DNA of 64,000 nt from Limnohabitans sp. (GTDB taxonomy: Bacteria > Bacteroidota > Bacteroidia > Flavobacteriales > Flavobacteriaceae), in contig JASGCW010000009.1 in NCBI GenBank assembly GCA_030053945.1, positions 1,690-65,689 on the forward strand, written 5' to 3'. The translations under genes and the position numbers were made by a program. Every line of letters starts with the position of its first letter. Position 1 is the first letter of the stretch. The notes beneath the pieces are model-generated. The model did not search any database. It saw only the letters and a list, made by a program, of their open reading frames with translations, and was not told where the DNA came from. Positions 17,605 through 29,061 of the stretch are shown here, in pieces.

Positions 17605-19140
17605 TTAATCCTCTGCAAAAAGTCGTTCTCTAAATAATTTACCTACAGCTAGTTGAAGTCTTGTTTTATAATCGTCAATTAACCATTCTCTGTAATTCTT
17701 TGTAGAATTAGCTAAACATCTTGTAAATATTTTTACACGATATTCAATATCTTCTGACAAATGTTTGGCTAGATTTTTTGCTTCGTTTAAACTTTCAGAA
17801 TTATCTACACACATTTCGGCATGTTGATCAATAGATTTATCTATAACGACTTTTGGACGTAAATTTTTGCTCAAAACTTGTTTAAATTCTTCTTCAATAT
17901 CAAAATCTAAAGTTGTTGAATTTTTAAATAATTCACGAACTTCGCTAGACATTTCATATCTAAAATTTATTTCTATATCAGCATCCGAACGTAAATTTTC
18001 CAGATAATACTCAGGAGATTTAAAAATATGTTGCCAATCTATAGGATCATTCCATAATCCGAACCGTGCAGCATTATTTCCTAAATCAATAATAGAAAAA
18101 TCTGTTTTATTAGGCAATCTTCTAGATCCACGACCAATCATTTGAAAATATAATGTCAAAGATTTAGTTGCTCTATTTATGATAATACATTCTACTGTAG
18201 GCTCGTCGAAACCTGTTGTTAAGATTCCTACAGAAGTTAATACAGCATCAGGTGTATGTTTAAACCATTTTAAAATAGCTTTTCGCTCTTCAGCATTAGT
18301 AGTATTATCAAGATGTCTGACCGCAATTCCAGCTTTTTTAAAAGTATCATGAACATATAAAGATGTATTGATACCATTGTTAAAAATCAAAGTCTTTTTA
18401 CCTTTTGCTTTCTCTTCATATGCGTGCAAAAGTTTACTCTGCATATCTAATTGGGAATACAATTCTTCAGATGATTTCACTGTATAATCACCGGTTATTC
18501 CTACCTTAAGACTAGACAAACTAACGTCATAACTATAAGTAGTTGCTTTAGCTAAAAATCCATTTTGTATTAATTTATTAATTGGATCACCTACAATCAA
18601 TTCTTTGTAATTTTCATACATTGGTAAATTGATATTTGAACTCAAAGGTGTTGCTGTAACTCCTAAAATAAATGAATTTTTAAAAGAACTTAAAAGTTTT
18701 CTAAAAGAATTGTAATGCGCCTCATCAATAATTACTAAACCAACATTTTCAATTTGCAACTTTTCATCATTCAAACGATTTTTAAGCGTTTCGACCATAG
18801 CTACAAAACAAGAATATTCGTTTTGATCTGGTAATTCTTTAACTTTTGAATTAATGATTTTATTTTTAACCTCAAAAGAATCTAACATTTTTGAAGTTTG
18901 TTTACAAAGTTCTATTCTGTGAGTAAGAACAACTACTTTTTTATTGTGATTTTCAAGGTAGCGTCTAACAATTTCAGAAAAAATTACAGTCTTCCCCCCT
19001 CCTGTTGGCAATTGGTATAACAAGTGATAATTATGGGGAGTATTATCCATTCTGTCAAAAATGGCGTTAATATCGCGTGACTGATAATCATAAAGCGTTT
19101 TTCGCTCGTGTAATTCTATTTCACAATCAGTCTTAATCAT
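17605..19140 (-). CDS. DEAD/DEAH-box superfamily 2 helicase (ResIII-like)
   Basis: QLPTGGGKT, IIDEAH, GVTATP, LTTGFDEP, QMIGRGSR. Confidence 0.9.
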   Translation of the reverse strand: MIKTDCEIELHERKTLYDYQSRDINAIFDRMDNTPHNYHLLYQLPTGGGKTVIFSEIVRRYLENHNKKVVVLTHRIELCKQTSKMLDSFEVKNKIINSKVKELPDQNEYSCFVAMVETLKNRLNDEKLQIENVGLVIIDEAHYNSFRKLLSSFKNSFILGVTATPLSSNINLPMYENYKELIVGDPINKLIQNGFLAKATTYSYDVSLSSLKVGITGDYTVKSSEELYSQLDMQSKLLHAYEEKAKGKKTLIFNNGINTSLYVHDTFKKAGIAVRHLDNTTNAEERKAILKWFKHTPDAVLTSVGILTTGFDEPTVECIIINRATKSLTLYFQMIGRGSRRLPNKTDFSIIDLGNNAARFGLWNDPIDWQHIFKSPEYYLENLRSDADIEINFRYEMSSEVRELFKNSTTLDFDIEEEFKQVLSKNLRPKVVIDKSIDQHAEMCVDNSESLNEAKNLAKHLSEDIEYRVKIFTRCLANSTKNYREWLIDDYKTRLQLAVGKLFRERLFAED

Positions 19141-19300
19141 AGCTTGTTTTTGAATTTTTGCAAAATTACATTTAAAAAACAGTTAAACACTATTTTTCCA
19201 ATAAAAAATAACTTTTAAATATTTTTTAACTTTTTTGAAGCATTTATCACACTTCTAAAACGTAAAGTTTTACTTACTTTGCATAAATTTCAATTAGTTT

Positions 19301-19912
19301 GTGATGAATCTAGAATCCGATATATTTTTAGAAAATGATTTAGTGCTTTTAAGACCTTTAAAAGAGTCTGATTTTGAAGAATTGTTAGTCTATTCTGAAA
19401 ATGAACCTGAAATTTGGCTTTTTAATGCATTAGGCGCAGATGGAACTGAAAATTTAAAAAAATATATAACAGCTGCTCTTGAAAATAAATCAAAAGGCAT
19501 AGACTATCCATTTGTAGTTTTAGATAAAAAAACAAATAAAATAGTAGGGAGTACAAGATATTATGCAATTAATACATTTAATAAGACACTTGAAATTGGC
19601 TTTACTTGGTATGGAAAGCAATATCAAGGGACAGGACTCAATAAAAACTGTAAATACTTACTATTAGAATATGCCTTTCAAAATTTAGGTGTTGAACGTG
19701 TTGGATTTAGAGCAAATAATTTGAATGCAAGAAGTATAAATGCGATGAAAAGTATTGGGTGCAAAGAAGAAGGCGTTTTAAGAAATTTTGCAATGAATGC
19801 CAATGGAGAAAGAATTGATGCAATTGTTTTGAGTATTATAAAAAACGAATGGTTTAATGAAGTAAAAAATAATTTAAAAAATAAAATAAGTAATTATGCT
19901 AAAAACATTTAA
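19301..19912 (+). CDS. GNAT (RimJ/RimL-like) acetyltransferase
   Basis: LLRPLKESD, VGSTRY, LEIGFTW, NARSINAMKSIG. Confidence 0.85.
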   Translation: MMNLESDIFLENDLVLLRPLKESDFEELLVYSENEPEIWLFNALGADGTENLKKYITAALENKSKGIDYPFVVLDKKTNKIVGSTRYYAINTFNKTLEIGFTWYGKQYQGTGLNKNCKYLLLEYAFQNLGVERVGFRANNLNARSINAMKSIGCKEEGVLRNFAMNANGERIDAIVLSIIKNEWFNEVKNNLKNKISNYAKNI

Positions 19913-20180
19913 AAGAGTTGCAATCCTAGAGGGTATTTCATATATTGTTATTTTACTTAATATGTTGATTGTTAAAAAAATATCTATTTTACTTTACAAA
20001 CAAATCTTATTCCCTGTAGGTATGTCACACGGAGTTTTATTTATAGGGTATATTATTTTAGCAATGTTACTTATGAAACCTCAAAAATGGGATTTTAAAA
20101 CTTTAGCCATTATACTTGGTGCTTCACTAATTCCTTTTGGAACATTTTATATTGAAAAAAAATATTTAAGAGATGCTTGA
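19896..20180 (+). CDS. DUF3817 membrane protein
   Basis: FKRVAILEGISY, GMSHGVLFIGY, ASLIPFGTF. Confidence 0.8.
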   Translation: MLKTFKRVAILEGISYIVILLNMLIVKKISILLYKQILFPVGMSHGVLFIGYIILAMLLMKPQKWDFKTLAIILGASLIPFGTFYIEKKYLRDA

Positions 20181-21435
20181 TAAAACTGAAAAAATATTCG
20201 GTTGGAGTTATAAATTATTAAAAAAAATAAATTTTAATGATACAATAGCATCATATATAAGTTTAGCTATAAATATAGCTATATTAGGCTGCATTGCTTA
20301 TTTAATTTATCTTGTTTGCCGCTTTATTTTAGTGACTTCAATGGCAATTGTTGCTAAGAGAACCAAGACAAAATTTGATGATTTGTTGGTTTCAAACGAA
20401 ACGGCTAAGTATATGTCTCATCTTATTCCTCTTATTTACATATACAAAACAGTTCCAATAATTTTAAAAGATTTTACTTCTTGGGAAACTATTTTTGGAC
20501 GTTTAGTTGCAGTTTATATTACATTATTAACTCTTTGGATAACAAATTCTATACTCAAAGCCATTCGTGATCATCTAATTGTAAAGCCTGAATATAGCGA
20601 CAAACCTATAAATAGCTATGTTCAAGTAATTATGATATTACTTTGGATTTTAGGAGTAACTGTTATAGTCGCTAAAATTTTTGACGTAGGAACAGATACT
20701 TTAGTTAAAACATTAGGAGCTGTTTCAGCTATTATAATTTTAATTTTTAGAGATACAATACTAGGTTTTGTGGCATCTGTACAAGTTTCTGTAAACGATA
20801 TGATTCGAATTGGTGATTGGATTACTATGGATAAATTTGGAGCAGATGGTGATGTGATTGAAATTAATTTAGCAACGGTAAAAGTTAGAAACTTTGACAA
20901 TACAACTACTACCATTCCCACTTATAGTCTAATTTCTGATAGTTTTAGAAACTGGCGTGGGATGATAAATTCTGATGGGAGACGAATTAAACGCCACATT
21001 TTAGTAAAAGCAAGTTCTATTCGTTTTGTACGTGAAGAAGAACTTGAAGATTTTAAACGTATTCAATTGCTAAATAGTTACATAGATAAAAAACAAATCG
21101 ATATAAAAAGGCATAACGAGTTGCATAAAGTTGATAAATCATTGTCGTTGAATGGAAGAAATTTGACAAATTTTGGGCTCTTCAGAAAGTATTTAACCAA
21201 ATATTTAGAAAATTATCCAGGTTTAAATAAGGATATGATTTTATTATGCCGTCAGTTGCAACCCACAGCACAAGGTATTCCGCTAGAGGTATATGTATTT
21301 TCTAGTGATAAACGTTTTGAAAATTATGAATACATAATGAGTGACATTTTTGACCATATTTTAGCCTCTGTTGTTTATTTTGATTTAGAAATTTTTGAAA
21401 TGCCATCGAGTAAAAATTCTTTAAGCGAGGCTTAA
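20173..21435 (+). CDS. Mechanosensitive channel, MscS family (YbdG-like)
   Basis: GFVASVQVSVNDMIRIGDWI, DGDVIEINLATVKVRNFDNT, NWRGM, GRRIKR. Confidence 0.9.
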   Translation: MLDKTEKIFGWSYKLLKKINFNDTIASYISLAINIAILGCIAYLIYLVCRFILVTSMAIVAKRTKTKFDDLLVSNETAKYMSHLIPLIYIYKTVPIILKDFTSWETIFGRLVAVYITLLTLWITNSILKAIRDHLIVKPEYSDKPINSYVQVIMILLWILGVTVIVAKIFDVGTDTLVKTLGAVSAIIILIFRDTILGFVASVQVSVNDMIRIGDWITMDKFGADGDVIEINLATVKVRNFDNTTTTIPTYSLISDSFRNWRGMINSDGRRIKRHILVKASSIRFVREEELEDFKRIQLLNSYIDKKQIDIKRHNELHKVDKSLSLNGRNLTNFGLFRKYLTKYLENYPGLNKDMILLCRQLQPTAQGIPLEVYVFSSDKRFENYEYIMSDIFDHILASVVYFDLEIFEMPSSKNSLSEA

Positions 21436-21607
21436 TTTTCTATTCATAAATTTTAATAACCATAACTTACAATAATTTTTAAAACAAGACGTTAGTTTTA
21501 ACTATATAGCTAGTTTGTTTGAAATTTTCATAGAAGAAAAGGTTTTCTTAAAAACAGCTATGAAGCTATGCCATTTGATATGACCAATTAAGAGCCAAAA
21601 AAGTTTT

Positions 21608-22252
21608 ATGAAGAAGATTATTCAGTATTTCAGTTTATTTGTGTTGTTATTTAGTTTATTATTTCTGTTTTCAAATTGGAATAAATTTAAAAACATAACG
21701 GAGAAAACTCCAATTAATAATAAAAAATCACTAGATTTTGACAATAGATTATCTATTGAAGCTAACAACATCAAAAACTTCGTGAAATCAAAAAAAGATT
21801 ACAACGACGAAATAGTTTTTCTCGTTGATATGAAAATTGCATCTAACAAAAACCGTTTTTTTATTTATGATCTTAAAGAAGATAAAATTATAGACAAAGG
21901 TTTAGTAGCTCACGGATCTGGTTCGGAAAAAGGCAGAAATAACAAAGGAGAATTATATTTTAGCAACGAAAACAATTCGCTTTGCACTTCATTAGGTAAG
22001 TATGAAATTAAAAATAGTTATAATGGTGATTTTGGTAAAGCTTACCGATTAAAAGGATTAGATAAAACAAATTCAAATGCAATAATTAGGTTCATAGTGC
22101 TTCATAAGTATGAAGATGTTCCTGAAAAAGAACAGTTTGACCCAATCTGTTTAAGCTGGGGCTGTCCTATGGTAAATGAAATATTCTTTCAAAAACTTGA
22201 AAAAATAATAGACAATTCTAATAAAACTATCTTACTTTATATTTATTACTAA
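21608..22252 (+). CDS. Murein L,D-transpeptidase-like protein (YkuD_2 type)
   Basis: VAHGSGS, SLGKY, LKGLDKTNSNA, IVLH, SWGCPMV catalytic His/Cys. Confidence 0.8.
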   Translation: MKKIIQYFSLFVLLFSLLFLFSNWNKFKNITEKTPINNKKSLDFDNRLSIEANNIKNFVKSKKDYNDEIVFLVDMKIASNKNRFFIYDLKEDKIIDKGLVAHGSGSEKGRNNKGELYFSNENNSLCTSLGKYEIKNSYNGDFGKAYRLKGLDKTNSNAIIRFIVLHKYEDVPEKEQFDPICLSWGCPMVNEIFFQKLEKIIDNSNKTILLYIYY

Positions 22253-22254
22253 AG

Positions 22255-22644
22255 CTATTCTTTAATTCTATCTTTTACAAACTCTACTTGGGTTTTACCG
22301 TGTGATTTAGGTTTTCCGTCTTCGCCAAGACTTACCATAGTAATGGTATCAATAGTAATAATAGTTTCACGAGTCATCATATTGCGTACTTCACATTTTA
22401 GGACCAAGGATGAATTTCCAAATTTTACTACATCTAATCCAATCTCTACAATATCTCCTTGTTTTGCCGAACTCACAAAATTTATTTCCGACATATGTTT
22501 TGTAACTACCCTTGGGTTTTCTAATTGAACAATAGAATACAAAGCTGCTTCTTCATCTATCCAAGCTAATAATCGTCCTCCAAAAAGAGAATGATTGGGA
22601 TTTAAATCTTCGGGTTTTACCCATTTTCTAGTATGAAATCTCAT
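22255..22644 (-). CDS. Acyl-CoA thioesterase (hotdog fold)
   Basis: DLNPNHSLFGGRLLAWIDE motif. Confidence 0.85.
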   Translation of the reverse strand: MRFHTRKWVKPEDLNPNHSLFGGRLLAWIDEEAALYSIVQLENPRVVTKHMSEINFVSSAKQGDIVEIGLDVVKFGNSSLVLKCEVRNMMTRETIITIDTITMVSLGEDGKPKSHGKTQVEFVKDRIKE

Positions 22645-22658
22645 AAATTTTAAAATGT

Positions 22659-23084
22659 TTAAGAGTTTAAATGTTTAAGAGTTGGAAACTTTAAAATTGC
22701 TTTTTCGATTATTTCTTTGTGATCAAATGCTAATTCTGGTAAATCGTCTATTGAAAACCACTCTGCTTCTTTTGGATCATCAGCAGCTATAGCGATTGTT
22801 TCCTCAGGAACTCTTCCAAAAAAAGCAATAGATATTGAATGGTGTCTTGGGTCTCTAAACGGTTTTCCAAAAGCGCCAATTTGTTCTAAAGAATTTACTT
22901 TTACTGTAGTTTCTTCAAATAATTCACGTCGAGCTGCATCTTCTAAATCTTCATTTTCATCTACAAAACCTCCTGGTAATGCCCAACAGTCCCTAAAAGG
23001 TTCATTACGCCTTTTTATTAATAAAATTTGGTTGTTTTTGTATAAAACAACATCTACCGTAACAAATATTTTTGAAGTGTACAT
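22659..23084 (-). CDS. NUDIX hydrolase
   Basis: GGFVDENEDLEDAARRELFEET Nudix box; LAFDH. Confidence 0.9.
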   Translation of the reverse strand: MYTSKIFVTVDVVLYKNNQILLIKRRNEPFRDCWALPGGFVDENEDLEDAARRELFEETTVKVNSLEQIGAFGKPFRDPRHHSISIAFFGRVPEETIAIAADDPKEAEWFSIDDLPELAFDHKEIIEKAILKFPTLKHLNS

Positions 23085-23177
23085 TTTTTATTTTTTCAAC
23101 ACAAATTTACTAATAACTTTTGAGAGTAAATTCTTATTGGTATTAAGATTTTTCTTAAATTTAATAAAAACAAAAAA

Positions 23178-23573
23178 ATGGAAACGCGAGATGAAAAACT
23201 CTTAAATTTAAGAGGAGAAACCTTAGGAAATGTTAATGCGCAGTCTTCCTCAGAAGAAGCTTTTCAGAATATTACTTTACGACCTATTCTAAAACTTCAA
23301 AATGATTTATTTGTACAAGTATTTATCAATTATGCGGTTAAACAAAAAAATGTATTTTTTTCATTAACCCCCGAAAAGAAATTGGCATATATTGAAAATG
23401 TTATACAAAAAGATATAAAATTTAGAAATTCTTTAAAAGGGATGGTAATTGGCCTTTTTACTGTTGAAGAATATATCGAATACATAAAAAATTCATCAAA
23501 CCTTAATAAAAGAATGATGAATTTATTAATTGAAAGACTGAAAGACAACGTTTTAATGATAATAAATCAATGA
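23178..23573 (+). CDS. Conserved hypothetical protein
   Basis: 131-aa ORF (EAFQNITLRPILKLQND) with normal codon style. Confidence 0.6.
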   Translation: METRDEKLLNLRGETLGNVNAQSSSEEAFQNITLRPILKLQNDLFVQVFINYAVKQKNVFFSLTPEKKLAYIENVIQKDIKFRNSLKGMVIGLFTVEEYIEYIKNSSNLNKRMMNLLIERLKDNVLMIINQ

Positions 23574-24163
23574 CGCGATTTTAAAACATCAACAATATCA
23601 TTAAGTTTATAACCTTTTGCTTGTAAAAGAATTAAATAATGAAAAAGTAAATCGGCAGATTCATTGAGAAATAGTTCATCATTTTGGTCTTTTGCCTCAA
23701 TGACAACTTCTACCGCTTCCTCTCCTACTTTTTGAGCAATTTTATTTATTCCTTTTTCAAATAAAGATGCCACATAACTTCTTTGACTTGTTGCGTTATT
23801 TTTTCTGTCTTGTATAGTATCTTCTAATTTACTAAGAAACCCAAAATTAACTGCATTTTTATCCTGCCAACAAGTATCTGAGCCAGTATGACACGTAGGA
23901 CCAACAGGATTTACTTTTACCAGTAAAGTATCTTCATCACAATCATTTTGAATAGATACTAATTCAAGGAAATTACCACTCTCCTCTCCTTTTGTCCATA
24001 ATCTATTTTTAGATCGGGAAAAGAAAGTTACTTTTTGCGTTTCTAATGTTTTGTCTAATGCCTCTTGATTCATATAACCCAGCATTAAAACATTTTTTGT
24101 CTCATTATCCTGAATAATTGCAGGAATTAGTCCGTTTGTATATTTTGTAAAATCGAGTTTCAT
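23567..24163 (-). CDS. hisIE: Bifunctional phosphoribosyl-AMP cyclohydrolase / phosphoribosyl-ATP pyrophosphatase
   Basis: WTKGEESGN, DCDEDTLL, CHTG, AQKVGEEAVEVV. Confidence 0.95.
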   Translation of the reverse strand: MKLDFTKYTNGLIPAIIQDNETKNVLMLGYMNQEALDKTLETQKVTFFSRSKNRLWTKGEESGNFLELVSIQNDCDEDTLLVKVNPVGPTCHTGSDTCWQDKNAVNFGFLSKLEDTIQDRKNNATSQRSYVASLFEKGINKIAQKVGEEAVEVVIEAKDQNDELFLNESADLLFHYLILLQAKGYKLNDIVDVLKSRH

Positions 24164-24226
24164 AGTGTTTTGTTACACAAAGTTCCACAAAGTTAGACAC
24201 AGAGTTTCACTAAGATATTTTAAAAT

Positions 24227-24982
24227 TTATATTCTAATTCTTACATTCTTTAATTGCAAATAATTTTTTAAATCTGGAATTCCAATTTCATCAAAATGAA
24301 ATACACTTGCAGCTAAACAAGCATCGGCTTTACCTTTTTCAAATCCGTCTAAAAAATGTTCCATTGTTCCTGCTCCACCCGAAGCTATTATAGGAATATT
24401 AACTAGCGTTGATAATTTAGCTAATGCTTCATTAGCAAAACCATCTTTTGTACCGTCGTTGTTCATAGAGGTAAAAAGTATTTCGCCAGCTCCTCTCCTT
24501 TCAGCTTCTTTTGCCCAATCAAATAGATTAATTTCTGTAGCTTGCTTCCCTCCTACTAAATGCACCATCCATTCATCGTTAATTTGTTTTGCATCAATAG
24601 CCACAACTATGCATTGGCTGCCAAATTTAGCCGAAAGTTCATTGATCAAATCAGGATTTTTTACAGCGGAAGAATTAATGGAAATTTTGTCTGCTCCATT
24701 GCGTAGCAGCACTTCTACATCTTCAACTGATGAAATACCACCTCCTACAGTAAAAGGAATGTTGATAGCCTGTGCTACATCACGAACTAATGGAATCAAT
24801 GTTTTTCTTCTATCTTCAGTTGCTGAAATATCTAGAAAAACCAATTCATCAGCTCCAGTATCAGCATATTTTTTTGCTAGTTCTACAGGATCACCAGCGT
24901 CACGTAAACCAACGAAATTGACTCCTTTTACGGTTCTTCCGTTTTTTATATCTAAACAGGGAATTATTCTTTTGGTAAGCAT
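24227..24982 (-). CDS. hisF: Imidazole glycerol phosphate synthase cyclase subunit
   Basis: [40 protein letters not shown]. Confidence 0.97.
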   Translation of the reverse strand: MLTKRIIPCLDIKNGRTVKGVNFVGLRDAGDPVELAKKYADTGADELVFLDISATEDRRKTLIPLVRDVAQAINIPFTVGGGISSVEDVEVLLRNGADKISINSSAVKNPDLINELSAKFGSQCIVVAIDAKQINDEWMVHLVGGKQATEINLFDWAKEAERRGAGEILFTSMNNDGTKDGFANEALAKLSTLVNIPIIASGGAGTMEHFLDGFEKGKADACLAASVFHFDEIGIPDLKNYLQLKNVRIRI

Positions 24983-25059
24983 TTTTCTTTTTTAGTGATT
25001 AGTAAAAAGTGAATAGTGATAAGCCTTGTATGACTTTTCATTAATTATTTTTCACCTTT

Positions 25060-25779
25060 TTATTTAATATAATTCTCAAGTTGTTTTAAAGTAATTCTAC
25101 TTTCATAGATGGCTTTACCTATGATAACTCCTTCGCAACCCAGTTGAGCGAGCTTTGGTAATTCTTCAAAACCTGAAATACCTCCGGAAGCAATTAATTT
25201 GACATTTTTACATTGTGATATAATTTGTTGGTATAATTCAAAACTTGGTCCTTGAAGCATACCATCTTTAGAAATATCTGTACAAATTACATATTCAATG
25301 CTTTTTGATTGATAGTTTTGAATGAAAGGAATTACTTCCTCTTTGCTTTCTTCTAACCAACCCGAAATAGCAATTTTTCCATTATTTGCATCGGCTCCTA
25401 AAATGATTTTATCAGCTCCATAATTCTGAATCCATTGTTCAAATAATTCAGGATTTTTAACTGCGATGCTACCTCCAGTAATTTGGGTCGCACCACATTC
25501 GAAAGCAATTTTTAAATCTTCATCCGATTTTAATCCACCTCCAAAATCAATTTTTAAGTTTGTTTTTGTAGCTATTTGTTCTAATACTTTATGATTAATT
25601 ATCCGACTTGATTTTGCACCATCTAAATCGACTAAATGCAAATACTCAATTCCGTGATCTTGAAATTCTTTGGCTACTTCAAGTGGATTTTCATTGTATA
25701 TTTTTTTGGTATCATAATCTCCTTTTGAGAGTCTTACGCATTTTCCGTCTATAATATCTATTGCGGGTATTATTCTCAT
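25060..25779 (-). CDS. hisA: ProFAR isomerase
   Basis: [34 protein letters not shown]. Confidence 0.97.
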   Translation of the reverse strand: MRIIPAIDIIDGKCVRLSKGDYDTKKIYNENPLEVAKEFQDHGIEYLHLVDLDGAKSSRIINHKVLEQIATKTNLKIDFGGGLKSDEDLKIAFECGATQITGGSIAVKNPELFEQWIQNYGADKIILGADANNGKIAISGWLEESKEEVIPFIQNYQSKSIEYVICTDISKDGMLQGPSFELYQQIISQCKNVKLIASGGISGFEELPKLAQLGCEGVIIGKAIYESRITLKQLENYIK

Positions 25780-27155
25780 TATTTTTTTAATTTAATTTCC
25801 TCAGCAGTTGCATTTCTATAATCAATTTCGAAAACGCTTACGGCATTACCACTTTTTTCGACACTGCTTTTTCCTTGTGAGGTTATTACTAATTGTCTTC
25901 CATCTGATGAAATAGCCATTCCTACAGGGAATTTAGATATAGGATATGTTTTAATCACTTCAAAAGTTCTACCATCTATAACCGCTAATTTGCTTTCATT
26001 ATTTACACAAGCAAAAATGTATTTCCCATCAGGAGTTGCATCTATAGTTCTTGCTCCGATTCCTACATAAGCAGTTTTCCATTTTGAAAATTCTACTTGT
26101 GTAGAAGTATTTTTAAAAGGTAATTTTAAGAGTTCTCCTAGGGGTGATTTTTGTACAAATCCAAATTTATTTGAACTTACTAAAACATTATTATTATTGA
26201 TGATAATATGTCTTAAGTTTAGTTTACTTCCTTTAATTGTTCCAATATAATTAAAGTTAGTCGTTTCTATTACTGCAATACCATTGCCTCCCATTTTTGA
26301 AACTAATAAATAATCACTATTTGGCGTAAATACAGTACCTCTCAAACAATTTCCACATTCATTATCTCTATCCACTTTTTGTCCATTGCTATAATCCATT
26401 GGCAATCTAGAATCTATAATGATGTGTTTTATGTATTTAAAATCTTGAACATTATCTGATGAAATATCTATGATTCCAACTGTATTATCACCCCAATGTG
26501 TTACTGCGATATATTTATTATCTGGCGAACAAGCAATCATTTTTGGAAGTGGTCCACTAGGCATAACTCGTATGATTTCATCTTTACTTGTATCAATAAT
26601 TGCTACAGCCGATGGAGAAACTGCATTTTCATCAAAATCTCTTCTATAATAAGTAACCCATAAGTATTTTCCATTGTGAGATAAGGCACTTTCAACAGGT
26701 TTACCCATAAAATAATTATAGTTTTCTTTTTCTTGTTTATACGTATAATCAAAAGCTATAGTCTCATTATCTTTAAAAAGAGAATTATTTTTTTCATTAA
26801 AAATGTGTGAAATTGCTTTAATACGTTTTAAAGTTTTTGAATCGTAAACTACTGTTTGATAGCCTTCTAATGAATTTACATAAATTTTTGATCCATCCCA
26901 AGAATATATTGCCGATTTAGGTGATGCAATGTATTTATCATACACATCCAAACTATCTAATTTTATAGAATCAATAGACTGAATTCTTTGAACCAATTTT
27001 AATTCTTTAAAAATGGTATCGGTTCTTACTTCAACTTCTTTAGCAGTTTGAACACTATTTTTATTTGCTGTGGTCGTTTGCCCTTTTGTTTGGCAAGAAA
27101 TTAATGAAACCGCTACTAAAAAATAAGGAAGTATTTTGATGATTTTTACTCGCAT
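25779..27155 (-). CDS. Beta-propeller lipoprotein (YncE/YVTN-like)
   Basis: Lipobox SLISC; repeated [23 protein letters not shown] and [10 protein letters not shown] blades. Confidence 0.7.
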   Translation of the reverse strand: MRVKIIKILPYFLVAVSLISCQTKGQTTTANKNSVQTAKEVEVRTDTIFKELKLVQRIQSIDSIKLDSLDVYDKYIASPKSAIYSWDGSKIYVNSLEGYQTVVYDSKTLKRIKAISHIFNEKNNSLFKDNETIAFDYTYKQEKENYNYFMGKPVESALSHNGKYLWVTYYRRDFDENAVSPSAVAIIDTSKDEIIRVMPSGPLPKMIACSPDNKYIAVTHWGDNTVGIIDISSDNVQDFKYIKHIIIDSRLPMDYSNGQKVDRDNECGNCLRGTVFTPNSDYLLVSKMGGNGIAVIETTNFNYIGTIKGSKLNLRHIIINNNNVLVSSNKFGFVQKSPLGELLKLPFKNTSTQVEFSKWKTAYVGIGARTIDATPDGKYIFACVNNESKLAVIDGRTFEVIKTYPISKFPVGMAISSDGRQLVITSQGKSSVEKSGNAVSVFEIDYRNATAEEIKLKK

Positions 27156-27179
27156 TGATAAGATTTTATTTAAGATGAT

Positions 27180-27761
27180 TTATAAGGCTATAAAATTACT
27201 CAAAATTTTACTACCTATATTCCCACTTTTTTCTGGGTGGAACTGTACTCCGTAAAAATTATCTTTTTGAATAGCGGTGGCATATTCCATTTCATAATTT
27301 GTTGAAGCAATGGTATATGGATTTAATGGAGCATAATAGCTATGAACCAAATACATATATTCATTTTCTGAAATTCCATTAAACAATGGAGATTTCAAAT
27401 CATAAATAGTATTCCAACCCATCTGCGGTACTTTAACCACAGGCGAAAATTTTTTAATAGCTATATCAAAAATTCCAAGCCCTTTTGCATTTCCTTCCTC
27501 GGTTGTTTTGCATAATAATTGCATGCCTAAACATATCCCTAATACAGGTTGTTTTAGTTGAAGTATTACTTTATCTAAACCTTGTTCACGTAGCATAATC
27601 ATTGCGCTACTTGCTTCACCAACACCTGGGAAAATAACTTTTGAAGCATTTATAATTTCATTCGCATCTGATGTTACTATACCTTGATAACCTAATCGTT
27701 CCAAGGCAAAAAGCACACTTTGTACATTACCAGCTCCGTAGTCTATTATCGCAATTTTCAT
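27180..27761 (-). CDS. hisH: Imidazole glycerol phosphate synthase glutaminase subunit
   Basis: IIDYGAGN, LGICLGMQ, QFHPEKSG. Confidence 0.97.
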   Translation of the reverse strand: MKIAIIDYGAGNVQSVLFALERLGYQGIVTSDANEIINASKVIFPGVGEASSAMIMLREQGLDKVILQLKQPVLGICLGMQLLCKTTEEGNAKGLGIFDIAIKKFSPVVKVPQMGWNTIYDLKSPLFNGISENEYMYLVHSYYAPLNPYTIASTNYEMEYATAIQKDNFYGVQFHPEKSGNIGSKILSNFIAL

Positions 27762-27762
27762 A

Positions 27763-27856
27763 TGTTTAAAATTTATTTTTCATAGGTAACATATGTTATC
27801 CCTTTTTAATCATTGGTGTTTGCATACGCAAACTGCTTGTTTATGGGGATTTCATA
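27763..27856. mobile_element. 94-bp internally deleted copy 2 of the mini-element, inserted at the hisH start codon
   Basis: Aligns to 3411-3550 with 5 substitutions, one 1-bp indel and a 45-bp internal deletion; flanked by TTTCATA at 27756-27762 and 27850-27856. Confidence 0.8.
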
Positions 27857-27862
27857 ATTATT

Positions 27863-27923
27863 AGTTTAAAGTTTAAGGTTTCAAGTTATTTTTTTTGAAA
27901 TTAACTTGAAACTTGAAACTAAA
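27863..27923. repeat. Inverted heptamer arrays between hisB and hisH
   Basis: AGTTTAA AGTTTAA GGTTTCA AGTT ... AACTTGA AACTTGA AACTAAA. Confidence 0.65.
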
Positions 27924-27924
27924 T

Positions 27925-29061
27925 TTATAACATCCCTTTTGTTGATGGCAAAATCATTTTTTCTGCATCTCTTTTAACTGCCATTTTAATTGCTTTTGCA
28001 AAAGCTTTGAAAATAGCTTCGATTTTATGGTGTTCATTGGTGCCTTCTGCTTTAATATTTAAGTTGCATTTTGAGCCATCTGTAAATGATTTGAAAAAAT
28101 GAAAAAACATTTCTGTTGGCATTTCTCCAATTTTTTCACGTTTAAAATCAGCTTCCCAAACCAACCAATTTCTACCTCCAAAATCGATTGCAACCTGCGC
28201 TAAGCAATCGTCCATTGGTAAGGTAAAACCATAGCGTTCTATACCTAATTTATTTCCAAGAGCTTGGTTAAAAACTTCTCCCAGAGCAATTGCGGTATCT
28301 TCAATGGTATGATGTTCATCTACTTCTAAATCACCTTGAACCTGAATATCAAGATCCATTTGTCCGTGGCGAGCGATTTGGTCTAACATATGATCAAAAA
28401 AAGCTAAACCTGTATTTATATTACTTTTACCAGAACCATCTAGGTTTATATTTATAGCAATTTTGGTTTCATTTGTATTTCTAACAATTGAGGCTGAACG
28501 AGATTCCAGTTTTAAAAACTCATATATTTTTTGCCAGTCATTAGATTCTAAAGCAACTACTTTTAATAATTCTTCAACTGAATTTTCAACTTCGTTAGAT
28601 CCAGCACCTATTCCGTCATTGATATAAATCGCTTTAGCACCAAGATTTTTAGCTAATTCTACATCTGTAATTCTATCACCTATTACAAATGAATTTTGCA
28701 AATCATATTCCTCAGTAAAATATTGGGTCAACATACCAGTTCTTGGCTTGCGTGTAGGCGCATTTTCTTCTGGAAAAGTTTTATCAATACACTCATTTGC
28801 AAAAACAACACCTTCGTTTTCGAAAGTTTTCATAATAAAATTATGAACAGGCCAAAATGTACTTTCTGGAAAAATATCTGTCCCTAGACCATCTTGGTTA
28901 GTTACAAGTACTAATTCATAATCTAATTCTTTTGCAATTTTTCCCAAATAAGTCAAACATTTAGGATAGAAAAACATTTTATCAAAAGCGTCAATTTGAT
29001 AATCCGAAACTTCCTTTATCATTGTTCCATCACGATCGATAAATAAAACTTTTTTAGGCAT
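27925..29061 (-). CDS. hisB: Bifunctional histidinol-phosphatase / imidazoleglycerol-phosphate dehydratase
   Basis: [36 protein letters not shown]. Confidence 0.97.
   Translation of the reverse strand: MPKKVLFIDRDGTMIKEVSDYQIDAFDKMFFYPKCLTYLGKIAKELDYELVLVTNQDGLGTDIFPESTFWPVHNFIMKTFENEGVVFANECIDKTFPEENAPTRKPRTGMLTQYFTEEYDLQNSFVIGDRITDVELAKNLGAKAIYINDGIGAGSNEVENSVEELLKVVALESNDWQKIYEFLKLESRSASIVRNTNETKIAININLDGSGKSNINTGLAFFDHMLDQIARHGQMDLDIQVQGDLEVDEHHTIEDTAIALGEVFNQALGNKLGIERYGFTLPMDDCLAQVAIDFGGRNWLVWEADFKREKIGEMPTEMFFHFFKSFTDGSKCNLNIKAEGTNEHHKIEAIFKAFAKAIKMAVKRDAEKMILPSTKGML

Noticed and set aside
17605-19140. Helicase as a restriction-modification subunit
   Set aside because: No methyltransferase or specificity gene is adjacent and no nuclease motif is recognisable; it looks like a housekeeping SF2 helicase.
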